Positions 47,149 through 61,129 of a stretch of 64,000 nucleotides of DNA are shown in pieces (within the stretch, counting starts at the first letter, position 1; every line of letters begins with the position of its first letter). The DNA lies in NCBI GenBank assembly GCA_029717555.1, contig JAMDHS010000018.1, positions 186,001-250,000 on the forward strand, read 5' to 3'. A program made the position numbers and the translations under genes. The DNA comes from Peribolospora baueri (lineage: Eukaryota). The notes under the pieces are model-generated. The model made no database searches. It was not told the origin of the DNA and worked only from the letters and a program-made list of their open reading frames with translations.

Positions 47149-48681
47149 ATGGCGGCGCAACGGTTGTTCATCGTGGGGGGGAATGGCTTCCTTGGTAAGG
47201 ACAATGATTAGAAGGCACACGGAGGCAAAATACTTTGAATTGCTTCTTACCTTGTCTATCATTCGTCGTGGGCGTGCTCCTTCTTCTTAGGCTCGGCCAT
47301 CGCAATGGCGGCCGTTGGCAAGGGTTGGGGGGTGGTCTCGCTGAGGTGGGCCATTTGAGAGAGGAGGAATCGAATGCCCTCCTGAATATAATTTTTTTGT
47401 TCCCTTTTGCCTTCTTCAGCAATTCAGGCACTCCCTACCGCACGTCCGCAGGGCACTCTCCCGCGTGGACAGAAAAGGTGCAATGGCACGCTGGTGATGC
47501 CCTCGACCCGTCCTCGTACGCACATCTCCTTCAGGACTGTACCGCCGCCGTTCACACCGTCGGGACGTTGCTCGAAAGCGATTACAAGGGCAAGAGAGGA
47601 GGAGGGGTGGGAGAGTTTGTGGACGGGCTCCTCAAGGGTTGGATGGGCGGGGCCACAGGGAAGACGGGTCTGCCGCCGTACGGACGGCAGAATCCATTGA
47701 GTGCACCGAGGGAGGATGAAATGCGAGGTAGTATGGGAATAAGCTACGAGAGGATGAACAGAGATACTAGTGAGCCCTTTGTCCCCTTGGCCTCGCTTTG
47801 GTTTTATGCCCGCGGGCGATTGCATACGGTTTGAACCTTTCGTTGCTTTTCGTCTCCACCTAGCTATAACGGTCGCACGTACCTTCCGCGACTCTCGAGC
47901 CACTGCGGATACCGTCATGTCGCCTTTTGTCTACATCTCAGCTGAGGACATCTTTCGACCTATTGTGGACAAACGGTATATCACAACGAAGAGGCAGGCG
48001 GAAAGCGCAATCACGGCCATGGCTCTCGAGTCTACCCAGACCGCCGATGTGCTTGAATCCGACGGGCAGGCTGCGCCTGGAGGTGGGGGTGATGAGATGA
48101 AGCCAAGTATCAGACCGATCTTTGTCAGGCCAGGTGAGGAAAGAGAACCAGTTGACTTCTAATTCGGATAGGAGGGAGGCGAAGGAAGCGGTCGAAAAAG
48201 TTCGATTCGGACGGTCCGTTGCAGTCGCTAAAACTCGGCGCGTCTATCTCTTCTGCCCTCTCTCATCCATCGCCTCGGCCTTGGTCCAGGTTTAATGTAC
48301 CACCCGCATATTCGTCCGCTATCCACCCTTCCTGCGACCCTATTTGACCTCTCCGCTACTCTCCATCGCCTGGCCCCAACCCTTCCCTTCCCGCTTCGCG
48401 CCCTGCCCACCCCAGCGGACGTCCTCAGCGCACTCTCCTCCACCTCCGTGAAGGGCTCCCCGGTGGACCTCTCTGCGCTGTCCCGCCTGCTCACCCTCCC
48501 GCCCCTGCACGTGGAAACCGTCGCGAGGGCAGTTTGCGAGTCGATAGCGAGGCGAGACGTGCAGGGCGTCGTGGACACTTGGACGATCAGGAGGCTGGCC
48601 GGGTGGAAAGGTGAGGAAAAGGAGGAAGATGAACGTGCCTCGAAGGAGGCACCTGCAGCTGGGACGCGGGCTGAAGTCTGA
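47149..48681 (+). CDS. COQ11: Atypical SDR / NAD(P)-binding protein Coq11
   Basis: IVGGNGFLG|SAI Rossmann motif, PAWTEKVQWHAGDALDPSSY, AVHTVGTLLESDYK, YERMNRD, FVYISA..RYITTKRQAE, RPG|LMY, PPLHVETVARAV. Confidence 0.88.
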
Positions 48682-49068
48682 TGGGCGACTTTGGTGGTCC
48701 GGTAGAGTGCCCCTCCGCGAGGAGTGACGGGCGGGCTTGTAGAGAGAGGTGGGACTGTATGTGAGTAGAAATAGACTGAGATTGCACGCAACGCAACTGG
48801 TGCGACCGCGGCGTGTTAGAACTAGGAGCGGAGGACGGTGCAGAGAGGCGAGTTTGGTCAACCAGATGACCAGGGGGATAGAAAAAGCAAGAGGCAACAA
48901 CACGAGCGTGAGCGAAGGGAGGAGAGCACTCCTGGCCCCTCATGTTTCACATCACCCTTCCTGTCTGCCCAAGCTTTTCTTTACGCAGGGCAGCAGGGCA
49001 GCTTTTGTCGCAAAGCAGAAAATGTCTATCTCCGCGTAGAGCGCATTTGAGTCTGCATATTCTACACG

Positions 49069-52000
49069 TCATGCGCGCGCCGCCTCCTTCTCCTCCTTGT
49101 CGGGACCGACAGACGACTTGGAAAAGACGAAAAGAACACTGCCAGGCACCGTCTTCTCCACGTCGAACGACCCTTCCTCGATCTCTCGCATCGGCGAACT
49201 CGACTCGGGGACACTCGGTGGCGAAGAGGGGTCTGCGGAAGAATCGTCGAGAGGGCCCGTGCCAGCTAGCTTGCATCCCTCCGATGCACTCTTTAATTCC
49301 TTCGGCGGCGCGTCTCGCCCCGTCTGCTCGATGACACGCTTGAGCACCTCGTCTTCGAGAGCCGACACCCCGGCACGAGACGTGCAGTCGTAGTGTGCCC
49401 ACTCACTGAGAGCGGCCAGCTTGGCACGCTTGTCCTTCAAGTCCTGTGTCGACGTGCGAACGAAAGTATGGCAAGAGTCAGCGAGCGCCTTACCGCGAAC
49501 TCTCCTCAGTAGAAACTTCCGAGCACTCACCTTCTGTGCACTGTTTTCGTTTACCTGAGAGGCCGGCATAAACGTGAACGACAAATCCTCGTCCTCTGAA
49601 GCTGCCGATTCATCGTCATCGCGCCCCTTGCCCTTATCCTTTCCGCCGACGTCACCTGCCTTGGCACAGCCGCACGCCAGCAGATCGTGTGTGAGACAGG
49701 GCGTATCCGAGTGGATTTGGTACAAGTTGCGCAGTTCGGCTAACGTGAAAGAGTCGGACGATTTGGAGGACGATGCTCCCGCATTGTCCTGTGCAGAGTC
49801 CCCAACGAGAATGAGCGTCGCATGAACATATAGCCTCCAGTCAGCCAGTATCTCACCATTAATGAATCGCTCAGGCCGATCTTGGTGACTTGACGCTGAT
49901 AAATCTTCTCGTCCATGGTCCCCGTTATGAGTAGCCTGTATATGTAGCACGGTTTTCGCTGGCCGTCACGATGCTGACGTAGGGAGGTGCAACGTTAGCC
50001 AGCTTCAGAGCATTAGGCCCCCGCAGCTGTCCACGATTATATGAGCTCGACGACTCACGATGCGGGCCATTGCCTGCCTATCAGTGGACGGATTCCAGTC
50101 CGAGTCAAACAGCTGGCAAAACGCAGTGTTAAAGAAACGGTTGAAATGAACTCGAAGCAACGTGCGCAAAGGCGGAAGGCAGCGACTCACAATAAGTCGG
50201 CTTGCGCCAATAATGTTGAGGCCTTGGCCGCCGGACTTTGCGCTCAGCAAAAAGACAACTGCCGCGCCGGCAATCGATATCGTCCGACCAAGTCAGATAC
50301 CGCTCGTCAAGGGACGACACGCCTAGGAAAAGAGAGGGAAGAGGGAACTTACAGCACTCGTCCTGGTTGCACTTGTTGAACTTGCTCACGGAATACTGCC
50401 TCTCGTCCTGCGGCGTCTTGCCATCAAGGCGAAGACACGACCATCTTTTGGCACCGAGGAAGCTTTCCAGAACGTCGAGCGTTTGAGTGAAGTTCTGACA
50501 ACAAGAAACAAGGGAACAAGAGGGTGAGCCGTCAGAATAAGCAGAAACAACAGCGCTCGATCGCACGCGCAAAACCGCTAACGCTCACCGAGACGATGAC
50601 GACCTTTTCGTCCGTCGTTGACTTTATGCATTCGAGAATTCTGGACATGGCAAGAAGCTTTCCGCTCAAACCTATGGTCCCCTTCGACCTCCTTTGCTTC
50701 TCATCAAAACACTCTAGCACACCCTGCAGCAAATTACGGTCCAGCACATCCTTTCCGACCCCTCTTTTGCCATCCGCTTCCTCGAGCGCCATCGGTAGGA
50801 GCAGCTCAGGTGTGTTGCAGAGCTTGCGGAGGATGCCGATCAGGACGAGGTGTTGCGACATCTCGCCCTTGAACACCTCCTTGACGCTACCCGACCCGAG
50901 AATCTTCCGGTAGATTGCAACTTGCAGCGGTGTTGGAGAGACGAAGATGACTTGCTCATCTGGAGAAGAGGCAGACGCGGTCAGCAACGCCCCAGTCATG
51001 TCTACGAAAGGGAAGACACTCACGTTTGGGCGGCAAGAACGCATTCAGCAATTCGGCCGTGCGCCTGAGTACAAACTGTTTCGTGACTTTATTCAGCAAC
51101 TCTACACGAGCCTGCCCGAGCTTGAGGGCGGACGGTATGCAATTTGGCGTGCGGCTCTTGATGATAGGATCCTCGAACATCTTTTTGAAGACGGTGTACG
51201 AGTCGAGCAGACCCGGATTGACGAAGTCGACCTATACGAAAGAACTAAATCCATGGGATGTTCAGTCGAAAAGGGCGATGGGAGCAGGAGGTCTTACCAT
51301 AGTGTAGAACTCCGACAAGTCATTTTGGATCGGTGTTCCGGAAAGAATGATTCGACTTGGCGTCTTGAGTGCCTTGATCATCTGCGTTGTCTTCGCCTGC
51401 CCCGACTTTAGTCGATGGCCTGAGTATACAGTAAAGAATCGCCCGTTGTTGACGATTTTGAAAATCATTTCAAGGCCATCGAGTGGGTTGTGGGACACGC
51501 ACCTTCGTCACATACCACCAGTCCGACGGGTGGCCGAGCGTCTTTAATTAGGTCGACTACGCTGCGAAGCTTCTCGTAGCCGATGATCATGACCTGGTAC
51601 GTCTTGCCAAACATGAAGCGCCGCACATCCGTTTTGTCACTGTTGCCCTCGATGCACAGGACGTTCAAAGCGTTCCGTCTGGACAAGAAGCAGCGCAATA
51701 ATCTCAGCGATCTTAATGTTTCCAGGCGTCCTCAGTCTTCGCAACTGCTCACCCAAGCCATTTGTGAACCTCTCGTTTCCAGTTCTGCGAAAGAGCGGAG
51801 CGTCAATATGACGAGTTCTCGCAGGAGACGCTTGGCTTCTCACATTGATCAACGAGACGGGACAAGCTATGAGGGCGCGGTCTATGGCGCCTTGTCCAGG
51901 AGTAAAGTAGCAGCTCTGCTCTGAGAAAGAAAACCAATGGAATGGTTCGGAAGAGGAATGGGCGATCAACTAGGTGGGTCGAGGATAAGCCTGCGAAATT

Positions 52001-53595
52001 CCACGAGCTCACTCAGCAGAGTCCATATCAATGCAATAGTTTGTAATGTTCTATGAAGGCGTAAACGAATATCAACAAACGTGAGAACTTGGGTATATGC
52101 GCCCCCATGCACTGATCTCGGACGGCGGGACCGAACTCACTTGCCGAGACCCCTACAAAGCGGACAAGTGTCGAGAACATCAGCGAATCATGGTGGTCAT
52201 TAGGTCGCGAACGGTGCGGACTCGCAAACTCACATTTCGTCCGCAAGTATACAACCTTGTCCATCGTGACCTCTCATTCCCATCACGCATTCATACATGA
52301 ACTTCACGCCCTCGATTTGATGTGGACGTAGAGCTGTGGCCAAGTGCGGGTCTACGACAACATCGACTACTGGGAGACCTCTGGAAAGAGATATCCGAGA
52401 AAAGGCAGAAAAAGAGATAAGAGGACCCGCGCATAAACGTCTTGGCAAGAGAAGCGGGAGCATACAAGCCAGAGAGAATCAAATTGGAAACGGCGACCGC
52501 ACCGTTTGTTAAAGCGAGCCTGGTGTTCAGAGCTAGGCCGCTTCATCACGATCGCGCCTACACGATTGGGATCATGCCTAGGCATCAATGAGGTAAAAGT
52601 CAGCACATGCGCTCGGATGCCTTTTAGTCATGAGTATCCGGGCTGAGTATCCGTTAAGACAACACGTCCCACCTCGGCTGGGCTTCCTTCCACGTTCCAA
52701 GGTTATGTAGGCCAATGGCGCGGGCCGCATCTTTCATAACGGAAACTGGCTTCTTGGAAGCCACTTTGGCTGACAATGAGGAGAGAACACGGGATAAAGG
52801 AGTGAGACTGTCTACGGCATGGCTCGGTCCTTCGATAATAGCAAAGGATGGAACATCGCAGCGTCTGCTCACCGTAGAAAGAAGTCGCAGGCGTGACCGC
52901 TTGGCTCAGATCGGAGGCGGCCTTGATGAAGGGCCTTCCTTGCAAGTACTCCTCCTCTGGTAGCTCGCGATCCACCTCGCACTGGACATGACCGAGAAAA
53001 AGAAACGGGAGCAAGCAAATACTGACTGATCAATAGGGTCAGAACGAAACGCGTTTATGCATCGAAGATCCTTACCTCCTTCCCCCCAACGGTAAGCTCA
53101 TCTCCGGGCTTGAGGGTGCGGACAGTAAATGGCGCCCTAGATACCAAACTAGCATGGAGTACAAGAATAGGGAAACGAACGAAACGTCAGCGAGGAAGGC
53201 GGCGACACCTGGCGGCGACGAACTACTCACTCTCTTCCCGTCGCCGTATCCTTCAAGGAGCACGTCGTTCCCCTGACAATCAAGACCGCATCTCCGTCCC
53301 ATGTCTTGTGCTTCTTCATCTGAGGCTTGCGCCACATGACCATATAGTACGGTCCTTCCTCATCCTTTCCTTTACCGACACCTTGCCGTCCCGGCGCCAA
53401 GCCGGTCCTCGGCAAAGATCCAAATGAGTCCACCAATGGTCCATCTAAAGACCCAGATGCAATAGAATTGCGGCCGTTGTCGTCGCGTAGGAGAGAAGTG
53501 CGCTGCTTCTTGCGGGGAGGGAGCACGCTGGGGGCGGCAGTGGTCGAGGGGCGCGGGACTTGGAAGGTCCTTCGGAGCTTGGAGGTCGGATCCAT
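49069..53595 (-). CDS. RDH54: SNF2-family DNA translocase Rdh54/Rad54B, many short exons
   Basis: [23 protein letters not shown] (Rdh54 N-terminus), [120 protein letters not shown]. Confidence 0.93.
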
Positions 53596-54848
53596 CGGGG
53601 AAGACGTACCCTTCTTGAATATCTCGACTCTCCTGTACGATTACGGTCCAACTGACCGTTGTCCTTGGCACCGAAGAAGAAAATGAGAAAGAGAGGGCAG
53701 CTGGAGACGGTAGCGAAGAAATTGCACCGAGCCTTCGGTGCAGGTCGGCACGACGCGCAAATGAACGCGTCGAGTCGCGATGCCGCAGCCGAAATGGCCC
53801 CATGTCCACGTGAACGGGCGCTGTCGGCCTCCTTCTCCTTCCAAGCCATTCAGCTGGGCGTTGTTTGCACAACGTCCATGCACACCGACCGACCTTCATG
53901 GCTGCAGCTCAGAGAACACACCTCGGCTGCGCCGGTGCGCAACTTTAGCTAAACCGTGATGACCGAATTATACCACACTGATATACACCATTTTCCTGAC
54001 TTTTCTCGAACATCGCTCTTATCTATGCAGTGTGATACGCATATCGATTTGCCGTCAGATCCGAAGGTGCGCCAGCGTCTCCGGATCGGCATTTGCAGGA
54101 GTCATCGCTGCTTCTTCGCGGCGATGAACATCCTACGTAAGCCGTTCCAGTCATCGATCCGGATATATCGGATGTCTGCGTGCGCAGGTCGGTAGGTAAG
54201 GAAAGGGAACCCACCTGACTTGACGTAATCGACATCGACTCAAACAGAGGCGCACAGCTAGCGAGAGGACGGCCCACATGGAATCTAACGTCGTATGTTG
54301 AGTCGAATTCTCGGGTCGGGGCCCCGCAGCTTCCGCCCCACCTCGCATGTCTTATAACTAGGCGGGCGCGACCTTTGACAGGTCGTCGGGAGGTCGCCGG
54401 CTTCGATTAGCCTCCGTTCCATCTTCCGGGTTTTTGTCCGCTGGAACCATTCCGGCCTTCACGGCCTCTCCGCCTACAAAAAGGAATTGCTGGATTGCAA
54501 ATACCGCTTTCTCTTCGCCTTTGCTTCGCCCCCTCGAACGGCCTGGGTAAATGGTTTTTGCTTGCGCCAGATGTTCCGCTCAGTCGATTTCGTTCCGAAC
54601 CCCTCGCTTCCCGGGTAAACGGTTCTGGTGACAACACAGGATGGAGTAGACAAACGCTTGCATCTGCAGAGGGCTCCGTGGGGAATGCGGCCGGGGGCCC
54701 CAGCAAGGCACTGGGGCGTGAGACATATAAGTGGAGGCGTTTCCTTCTTAACCGAGGCCGACAATCGAATGCTCGGCCTGCATCCAGCTCTCCTCGACGC
54801 TTCGACACCACTTACCATCAAGCCTTAGGTACAAAGTTTTACTTGAGC

Positions 54849-57277
54849 ATGGCGGTGGCTAGTCTCACCCTGGTGCTCTATGGCGCCATTTTCGCCGCGT
54901 CAGCCCTCTTTCTCGACTACCTCTTCTACGGACAGTCGCCACGTCGCAAAGGCTGTAAAACCCCTCCAGGACCACGAGGTCTGCCCGTCATCGGCAATGC
55001 ACTCCAGTTCGACGCCGCCATGCCGGCGATCCAGTTCAAAAAGTGGGCGATGGAATACGGCGACATGTTCTTCCTCAAGGTCGGCTCCGACAACCTCTTC
55101 GTGCTCAACTCGAGCCGGCTCATCAAGGAGGCCATGGACAAGCGATCGGGTATCTACTCTGACAGACGCAGCCCGCACGTCGCCCAGACCATCATGTCGA
55201 AGGGAAAGCGAATGGTATTCTCGCCTTATGGCAAGTGAGTTCAAGATTGGCCTCTTCTCTACCGAGCTCGCACATGTGCATAGATTTATTGCTGAGCATG
55301 AATCCCTTTTTATTCGGTAGCCGTTGGAGGGCCGCCCGCAAACAAGCCCACGCTTTCCTCGCCGCCAAGGCCGTCGAGGGACTAGGTCGAGGCTGGCAAG
55401 ACCTCGAGAGCATCCAGATGCTGCACGAGCGTGAGAGGCGCTTCTTTCGTCTGTACGACGCAAACGAGCTGTGCGCGTTCTCACCGCGCCCCCATTGCCC
55501 TCCGCTCTCCGCCCCTTTTGCAGTCCTTCACCAGGACCCGTTCGACAAAAAGGAAAACTTCTACCACAGCTTCCGTAGATACGCCTCGAGCGTCATCGTC
55601 AACTTGTCCTTCGGTCATCGCTTCCCTAGGGCCTCGGGAGATGAGCTTTTGGAAGGAATTTATGAAGTGAGCTTTAGTTCTGTCGTTTTTCTCACTGTGG
55701 CGCCATCCGTGCCTTTTCTTTGGGATGCTCACCTACCCATTTATCTCGCTCAGGCCATGGAAAACGTAGCGAAGGTCTCTCAGGTGAGTTCCGATGGCAA
55801 AGACTTGTTGAATTTGCCTGGCTCTGGCCGAGGAAGACCCTCACACTTTTACGTTATGACATCTGCATCATACCAGCCCGGCACATACCTTGCCGACTCG
55901 TTCCCCATCCTCAACAAGTTGCCGTCCTTCCTCAAGCCTTGGGACAAGGAAGGAGAGCGCATGCACGAAGGTGAGTCATCCATTCACATGCAGTCCGCGA
56001 CCTTGCTTTTTCATCGGGGGCGATGCATTTCGTGCTGATCGCAGCCCATTCCGTGTTTTGCAGAGGAATGGAAAGTTTGGGGTGGACATCTGAAACGACT
56101 TAAGGATGAGTACGCAAGGGGCGTATCCAAGGATTGCTTCATCGGTGAGCTCCTGAAGGAGCGAGAGGGGATGTCGCAGGCGAAGATCGAGGAGCTCGCC
56201 TTGACGGACTATGACCTCGGGTGAGCGTGCGAGCCAGCGGACATTTGCGTTTGGTTCAAACTGACGGCATGTTTTGACCCATCCATCTCTTTCAATCTTC
56301 AGGTACCAGATCTGCGGGTTCCTCGAAGCCGGCTCGGACACGACTGCTTCCACGCTCGCCTCGTGCGTCTTGGCGCTTCTCGAAAACCCGGATGTGGTGG
56401 CACGGGCGCACAAAGAGCTTGATGAGGTAGTAGGCGCCGACCGCCTTCCGACCTGGGAGGACGAGCTGAAGTTGCAGTACATTCGAAGCATCGCCAAGGA
56501 GTCTCTCCGCTGGCGTCCGCCTGTCATCATGGCCGTGCCGCACGCCGCGTCCAAGGACGATGTGTTGGACGGACGCTTCATCCCCGCAGGAAGCATGGTC
56601 ATTGGAAACGTATGGGCGATCCATCACGATCCGCAGAGGTATCCCAACCCCGACAAGTTCGATCCAACCCGCTTCACCAACCACAAGGAGGGCGCGTTCC
56701 AGTCGTCCCTCGCCGCCGACCCGCTCGACAGAGATCACTTTGCGTACGGCTTCGGTCGGAGGCTGTGCGTCGGAGTGCACTTGGCTGAGCAGAGCTTGTT
56801 TATCACCATCTCAAGGTAAGAACACCTTCTTCCCGTCCGACGACACTCCTTTCTTCAAGACGCGGAATGTGGTCACTCTCTGAACACGTTCGACTCTTCC
56901 CTTTCCTCCTCTGATCGTTTGCCCCGCCAGGATGCTCTGGGCTTTCGACGTCAAGCACGCGGTGAATCCCAAGACAGGAAAGAAGATCGAAGTAGATTCT
57001 TCGATCGAAACGGGATACCAGAAGGGTTTCGTTACGGGTGAGCATTTGTCTTCATTTCATCCAACCTGACGCGACCGAATGCGCATCACATCCTAGTCCC
57101 ACCCTCCGTACTTGGCTTACTGAAATCCGCTTTCCCAACGTCTTTCATCTTCTTTCCCAAGCTCCTCACTGGTTCCCGGCCAAGTTCGTAATCAGGAGTG
57201 AGGCGAGGCGATCGATCATCGAGAAGGAGTTTGCTCATGCTGTGGAGACGTTCGAAGCCGAAGGGAGGGAGACTTGA
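54849..57277 (+). CDS. Cytochrome P450 monooxygenase (multi-exon)
   Basis: N-terminal TM, PPGPRGLPVIGN, I-helix EAGSDTT, K-helix ESLR, FDPTRF, heme motif YGFGRRLCVG. Confidence 0.96.
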
Positions 57278-57612
57278 GGTTGTCGTCGATCGAGACGGGC
57301 TCTGCTGCTTGCTTGTTTGTGTATGAAGGTACTCGACGTATATACCGTTGTAAATGGATGAATCGATTCGCTTGGTGGGAACGTCCGTTCCCTTTCGCCT
57401 GTAATCGGACGACGGCCGGAAGATGACCGCTTACAGAAAGAGGCCCGTGCGCGAGCGTGGTCCACCAAGCGTCGGCCGTATCGATCACTTCGACCATTTT
57501 TGCTTCTTCCTCGACTACCACCCTTTCTGGTCTCCGTTGTCCGTTCGCTCGGCGCCTCATCAGAAGCGTACGTGTCAGTGCTTGGTTTTTGCACGGCCGT
57601 CCAGGGGGCGAC

Positions 57613-60253
57613 ATGGAGGACGACGTACGCGACGACATCGACTACTACATCCCCGCGGCGGGGACGAGGAACGACGTCAACTCTCTCGTCGCCGCCGCCG
57701 ACCTCAACGCTTCAGCACCGGACTCGAGCATCTGCGTGACAGGCTACGGTCCTTCCGCTGAAGAGAAGTTTCTTCTTGATCCACAATCAGAACTTGAGCC
57801 GGGGCAGCAGCTGGGATGGCAGCAAGACCCGTCTTCGTCCAACACCTATTACGTTGATCCCGCCCAGCCCGAAGCCCCGACGTATGATTTCCTGCAGCAG
57901 CCTAAGGTGGTCATCACGGCTCCTGTTTGCACAGCATCTCGAAGCGGGCAAGTAGATGGTAGCGGAGGAGATGGCACTGATGAGAAAAGCCGTAGGATAT
58001 TTTGGAGGAGGGCGAAGTGGTGAGATCCGTCTCATCTCTTTTGACGGTGTAGCGGTGATCGAATGCGTCAGATGGACTGATCAGGCAAGTCGTCTTTGTC
58101 CGTTCTCTTTTCCAACTTGTTCTTGCCCTTCATTCCTTTGCTCAGGTGTCCAGACGGAAGTCACGCGCTAACCATCAGCGAGGACCGTTCGATAGGAATC
58201 TTTCAATTGTGAGAGAGAAAGGTTTACTCCCTGTTGCAGGCCGGACTAAGCGGTCTCCATTTGTCTTCGCGGCCTTCCTCGTCCGTTCACAGACCATCTG
58301 ACGTCTGCTTGGGAACAGGGAAGCTAGGTAAGCGACAGAGTCGCCTTGGACCAGCTTTACCATGAACCCTATACGCAGGCTCACATGTCTTCTCGCCCAC
58401 AGATGTCAACGCATCCCCCCCACCTCGATCAGAAACCCCGTGGAAACCCATGGACCCGTTCTATCGCACCCCTTCCCCCATTCTTGACGCAACCTGGTAC
58501 CCGGGAGCGACATGCGCTGACGAGGCCAGCTTCTGCTACGCTCTCAGCACGGGAGAAGTGCCTGTACGGCTCGTGGGCGCAACGGATGGGCGCGTGAGTC
58601 CGCGCATCGAAGCGCCTCCTCCCGGATCCTCCCCGTTGCTCCGTCTCCGCTGCCCATGTCGAGGCCAGTTGCTCGTGCATGAGGGAGGCTAACTGCGAAC
58701 GGACGACTTCGTCCTTTTGTCTTCCTCCGCCCATCGTTCCATACACCTTTTCCGCCTGCACTCCGACGCCCTTCGCCCCCCTTTCCCTTCCCGACAGCTC
58801 CGAGCATCCTACTCGATTATCGATCACAGAGAACGCTTCGTCGCGCCGCACGCTCTTACCTTCAGTCCCGATGGCTCTCAGTGAGTTGCATGTCATTGTC
58901 TTTCATCGCATGCGTCGCGCGCCGAGACTGACGCGCTCGTCTATTCTTGCTCATCCCATCCACACTCAACGCGTTCGACATTTCCAACCTCGCCCTTGTC
59001 GCTATCCCACCCTTCACACCTTCCCCTGTCTCGATACGATGCTCTCCTCCGCTTTCTCGTAGACTCTGGTGCGCACATTCTTGCACCATCACCATCTTCT
59101 CCCTCTCCCGACCAGGCTCAGAGCCACTCTCGACACTGAGTCTCAGCCCGTCCCGAAAGTCCCGCCAAGGCCAGAAGGGGTTACTCTCCTCCCTGGCCTT
59201 CTGCTCTGACTGCTCCGGCCTGGTCGCCGCTGGCACCTTTGGGGGGAGCGTCGGGCTTTGGAGGGAGGACCAGGGAAGCGAGTGCCTGGGGATGGTGAAG
59301 GACGTGGAAGGTGGGGGAATTACCCAGGTGGGTCGCCGTTCTGCTCAGGCTCGCTCTTCTTTTCGTTTGCGATTCAGACATCTGAGGGGAGAGCGCGCCG
59401 AAAGGACGGATTCGACGTATTTGCTTTTTCTACGAAGAACTTTTGAATGTGGTCCCGCTTCGGTGTTACTCTACCGCTTCGCCTCCGCCTTCTAACGCTG
59501 TCTTGCCTTTCTTTCGTCCTCTCGCCGTCCATTTTGGCCCAGCTCGCGTTCCACCCGACGTCGTCCCACTCTCTGCTCGCTGCCTCACGCCGCTCGACAT
59601 GTCTCCTCGTCTACGACGTTCGCAACCTCCGCGCCGGGCCCGTGAGCCGCCGTGGACGAGAGGCGCGCACGAACCAGCGCGTGTACTTTGACGTCGATTG
59701 GTGGGGACGATGTGTCGCCGACGGAGGCACGGATGGCAAGGTTAAGGTGGGAAGGTGGGCCGTAGTCGATGGGGAGGGTGAGAAGCCGGCGGAGGAGGGA
59801 GGGTGGAGCGGGAAGACGGCGGTATTCGGCGGAGACGAGGACGAAGCGGTGTGGACATGGCAGGCGCACGACGGTGAGTCTCATCTCGCATGGCACGTCC
59901 GTCTGTCACAAAATCCGACCGTCGGTCCGACTAACCGACGTCCTTCTCATATTCCCCCTCTCCCCTATACGAACCCCCCCTTCACGCCACGCCACGCCAC
60001 GATCTGCCGTCGCACAAAAGACACCGTCTCCTCCGCTTCCTTCCACCCCTACCTGCCCCTTCTCCTCACCACGTCCGGCTCTCGACACTTCGACCTCGAC
60101 TCCTCCCCCACCCACACGCCGTCGTCATCATCATCCGCGTCTGCCTCGAGCGACTCGGACGACGACGACTTACGGTCGTCGACGTCGAGAATGATCAGCG
60201 CGGCGGGCGGAGCAAAGGACGGGAGCATGAAACTCTGGAGGATTGGACGATGA
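57613..60253 (+). CDS. SWT21: WD40 protein Swt21/TCAB1 (WRAP53/WDR79)
   Basis: RRAKW|SPDGS, ILDATWYP..FCYALS..PVRL..DGR|LRASYSIIDHRERFVAPHALTFSPDG, GQKGLLSSLAF, GGITQLAFHP, ASRRS..YDVR, TNQRVYFD, SFHPYLPLLLTTSGSRHF. Confidence 0.88.
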
Positions 60254-61129
60254 AACTCTGGAGGATAGGCGCCCGCCAAACTCCCTCCCTTTTTGGTTTG
60301 TACCTATCTGTCTGCATACATGTGCTGTTTGTAAGCTTCTCGAGCATCTTTTAAAGAGCGGACGGGCGGGCGCCGTCTATCGATCGATTGGATCAAAGGA
60401 CAAGCAAGCGACGCGAACGAAGTGATGAGATGACGGAAGGAGATCGTTTCAATTCGTCAGGAGTCGTCAAGGCGAAGAACGCGCGAACGAACGAACGAAC
60501 GAACGGACGGACACGAGGAGATGGACAAGGTGCGGTATCGATGCCGCTGCGACCGTCAAGAAGGGGAAGAAGGGAGGGCCTGGAGAGGAAGGAGGAGGGA
60601 CAAGAGAGGAAGCAGATGAGACGGAAGGATGAAGACGAAGACGAAGTGGAGCGACGAGGAAAAGCGCGGCTCAGTGAAGTGAGTGCGTGGCCTCCCCCGT
60701 AGCGACTAAACGACGACGATGACGACAATGACTACTACTACTCGACGGAAATGCTCGAGAAAATTAACGATCTGAGATCAACTATGGCATCCGTCTGTGC
60801 CGACCCGAACCTAGCCGAACAATGAATGAAGAGAGGATGCGGCGAGCGAGCGAGCGGACCGGATTTGACTACAAAGCGAGAAACGAAAATGAACAGGACG
60901 GACGGAGTGGATGGATGGATGGTGCAAGAAGAACGAATTAGAGTGGACGAACGACGAGGATGAATATGCGAGCAAGATCCCATGTGGCGTAATACGGTCG
61001 GTGTGAACAAGTGCGTGGGGCGGACCGAGATGGTAAGGACGCGCGAGGCGAGATGAAACGATTGCGAGAAGAGAAGACGAGGCGAAGGAGCCCCCCCAGT
61101 CACGCCGGAGGGCATCGGGAAGGGCTGGT

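Noticed and set aside
49069..53595. Lower GC of RDH54 as a sign of horizontal transfer
   Set aside because: Typical fungal Rdh54 sequence with many canonical introns in the host style.
53956..54000. Box C/D snoRNA-like GTGATGA...CTGA...CTGA
   Set aside because: Too short, no terminal stem, and the putative guide (gaattataccac) matches 18S rRNA only with a 2-nt gap; would need snoscan or Rfam support.
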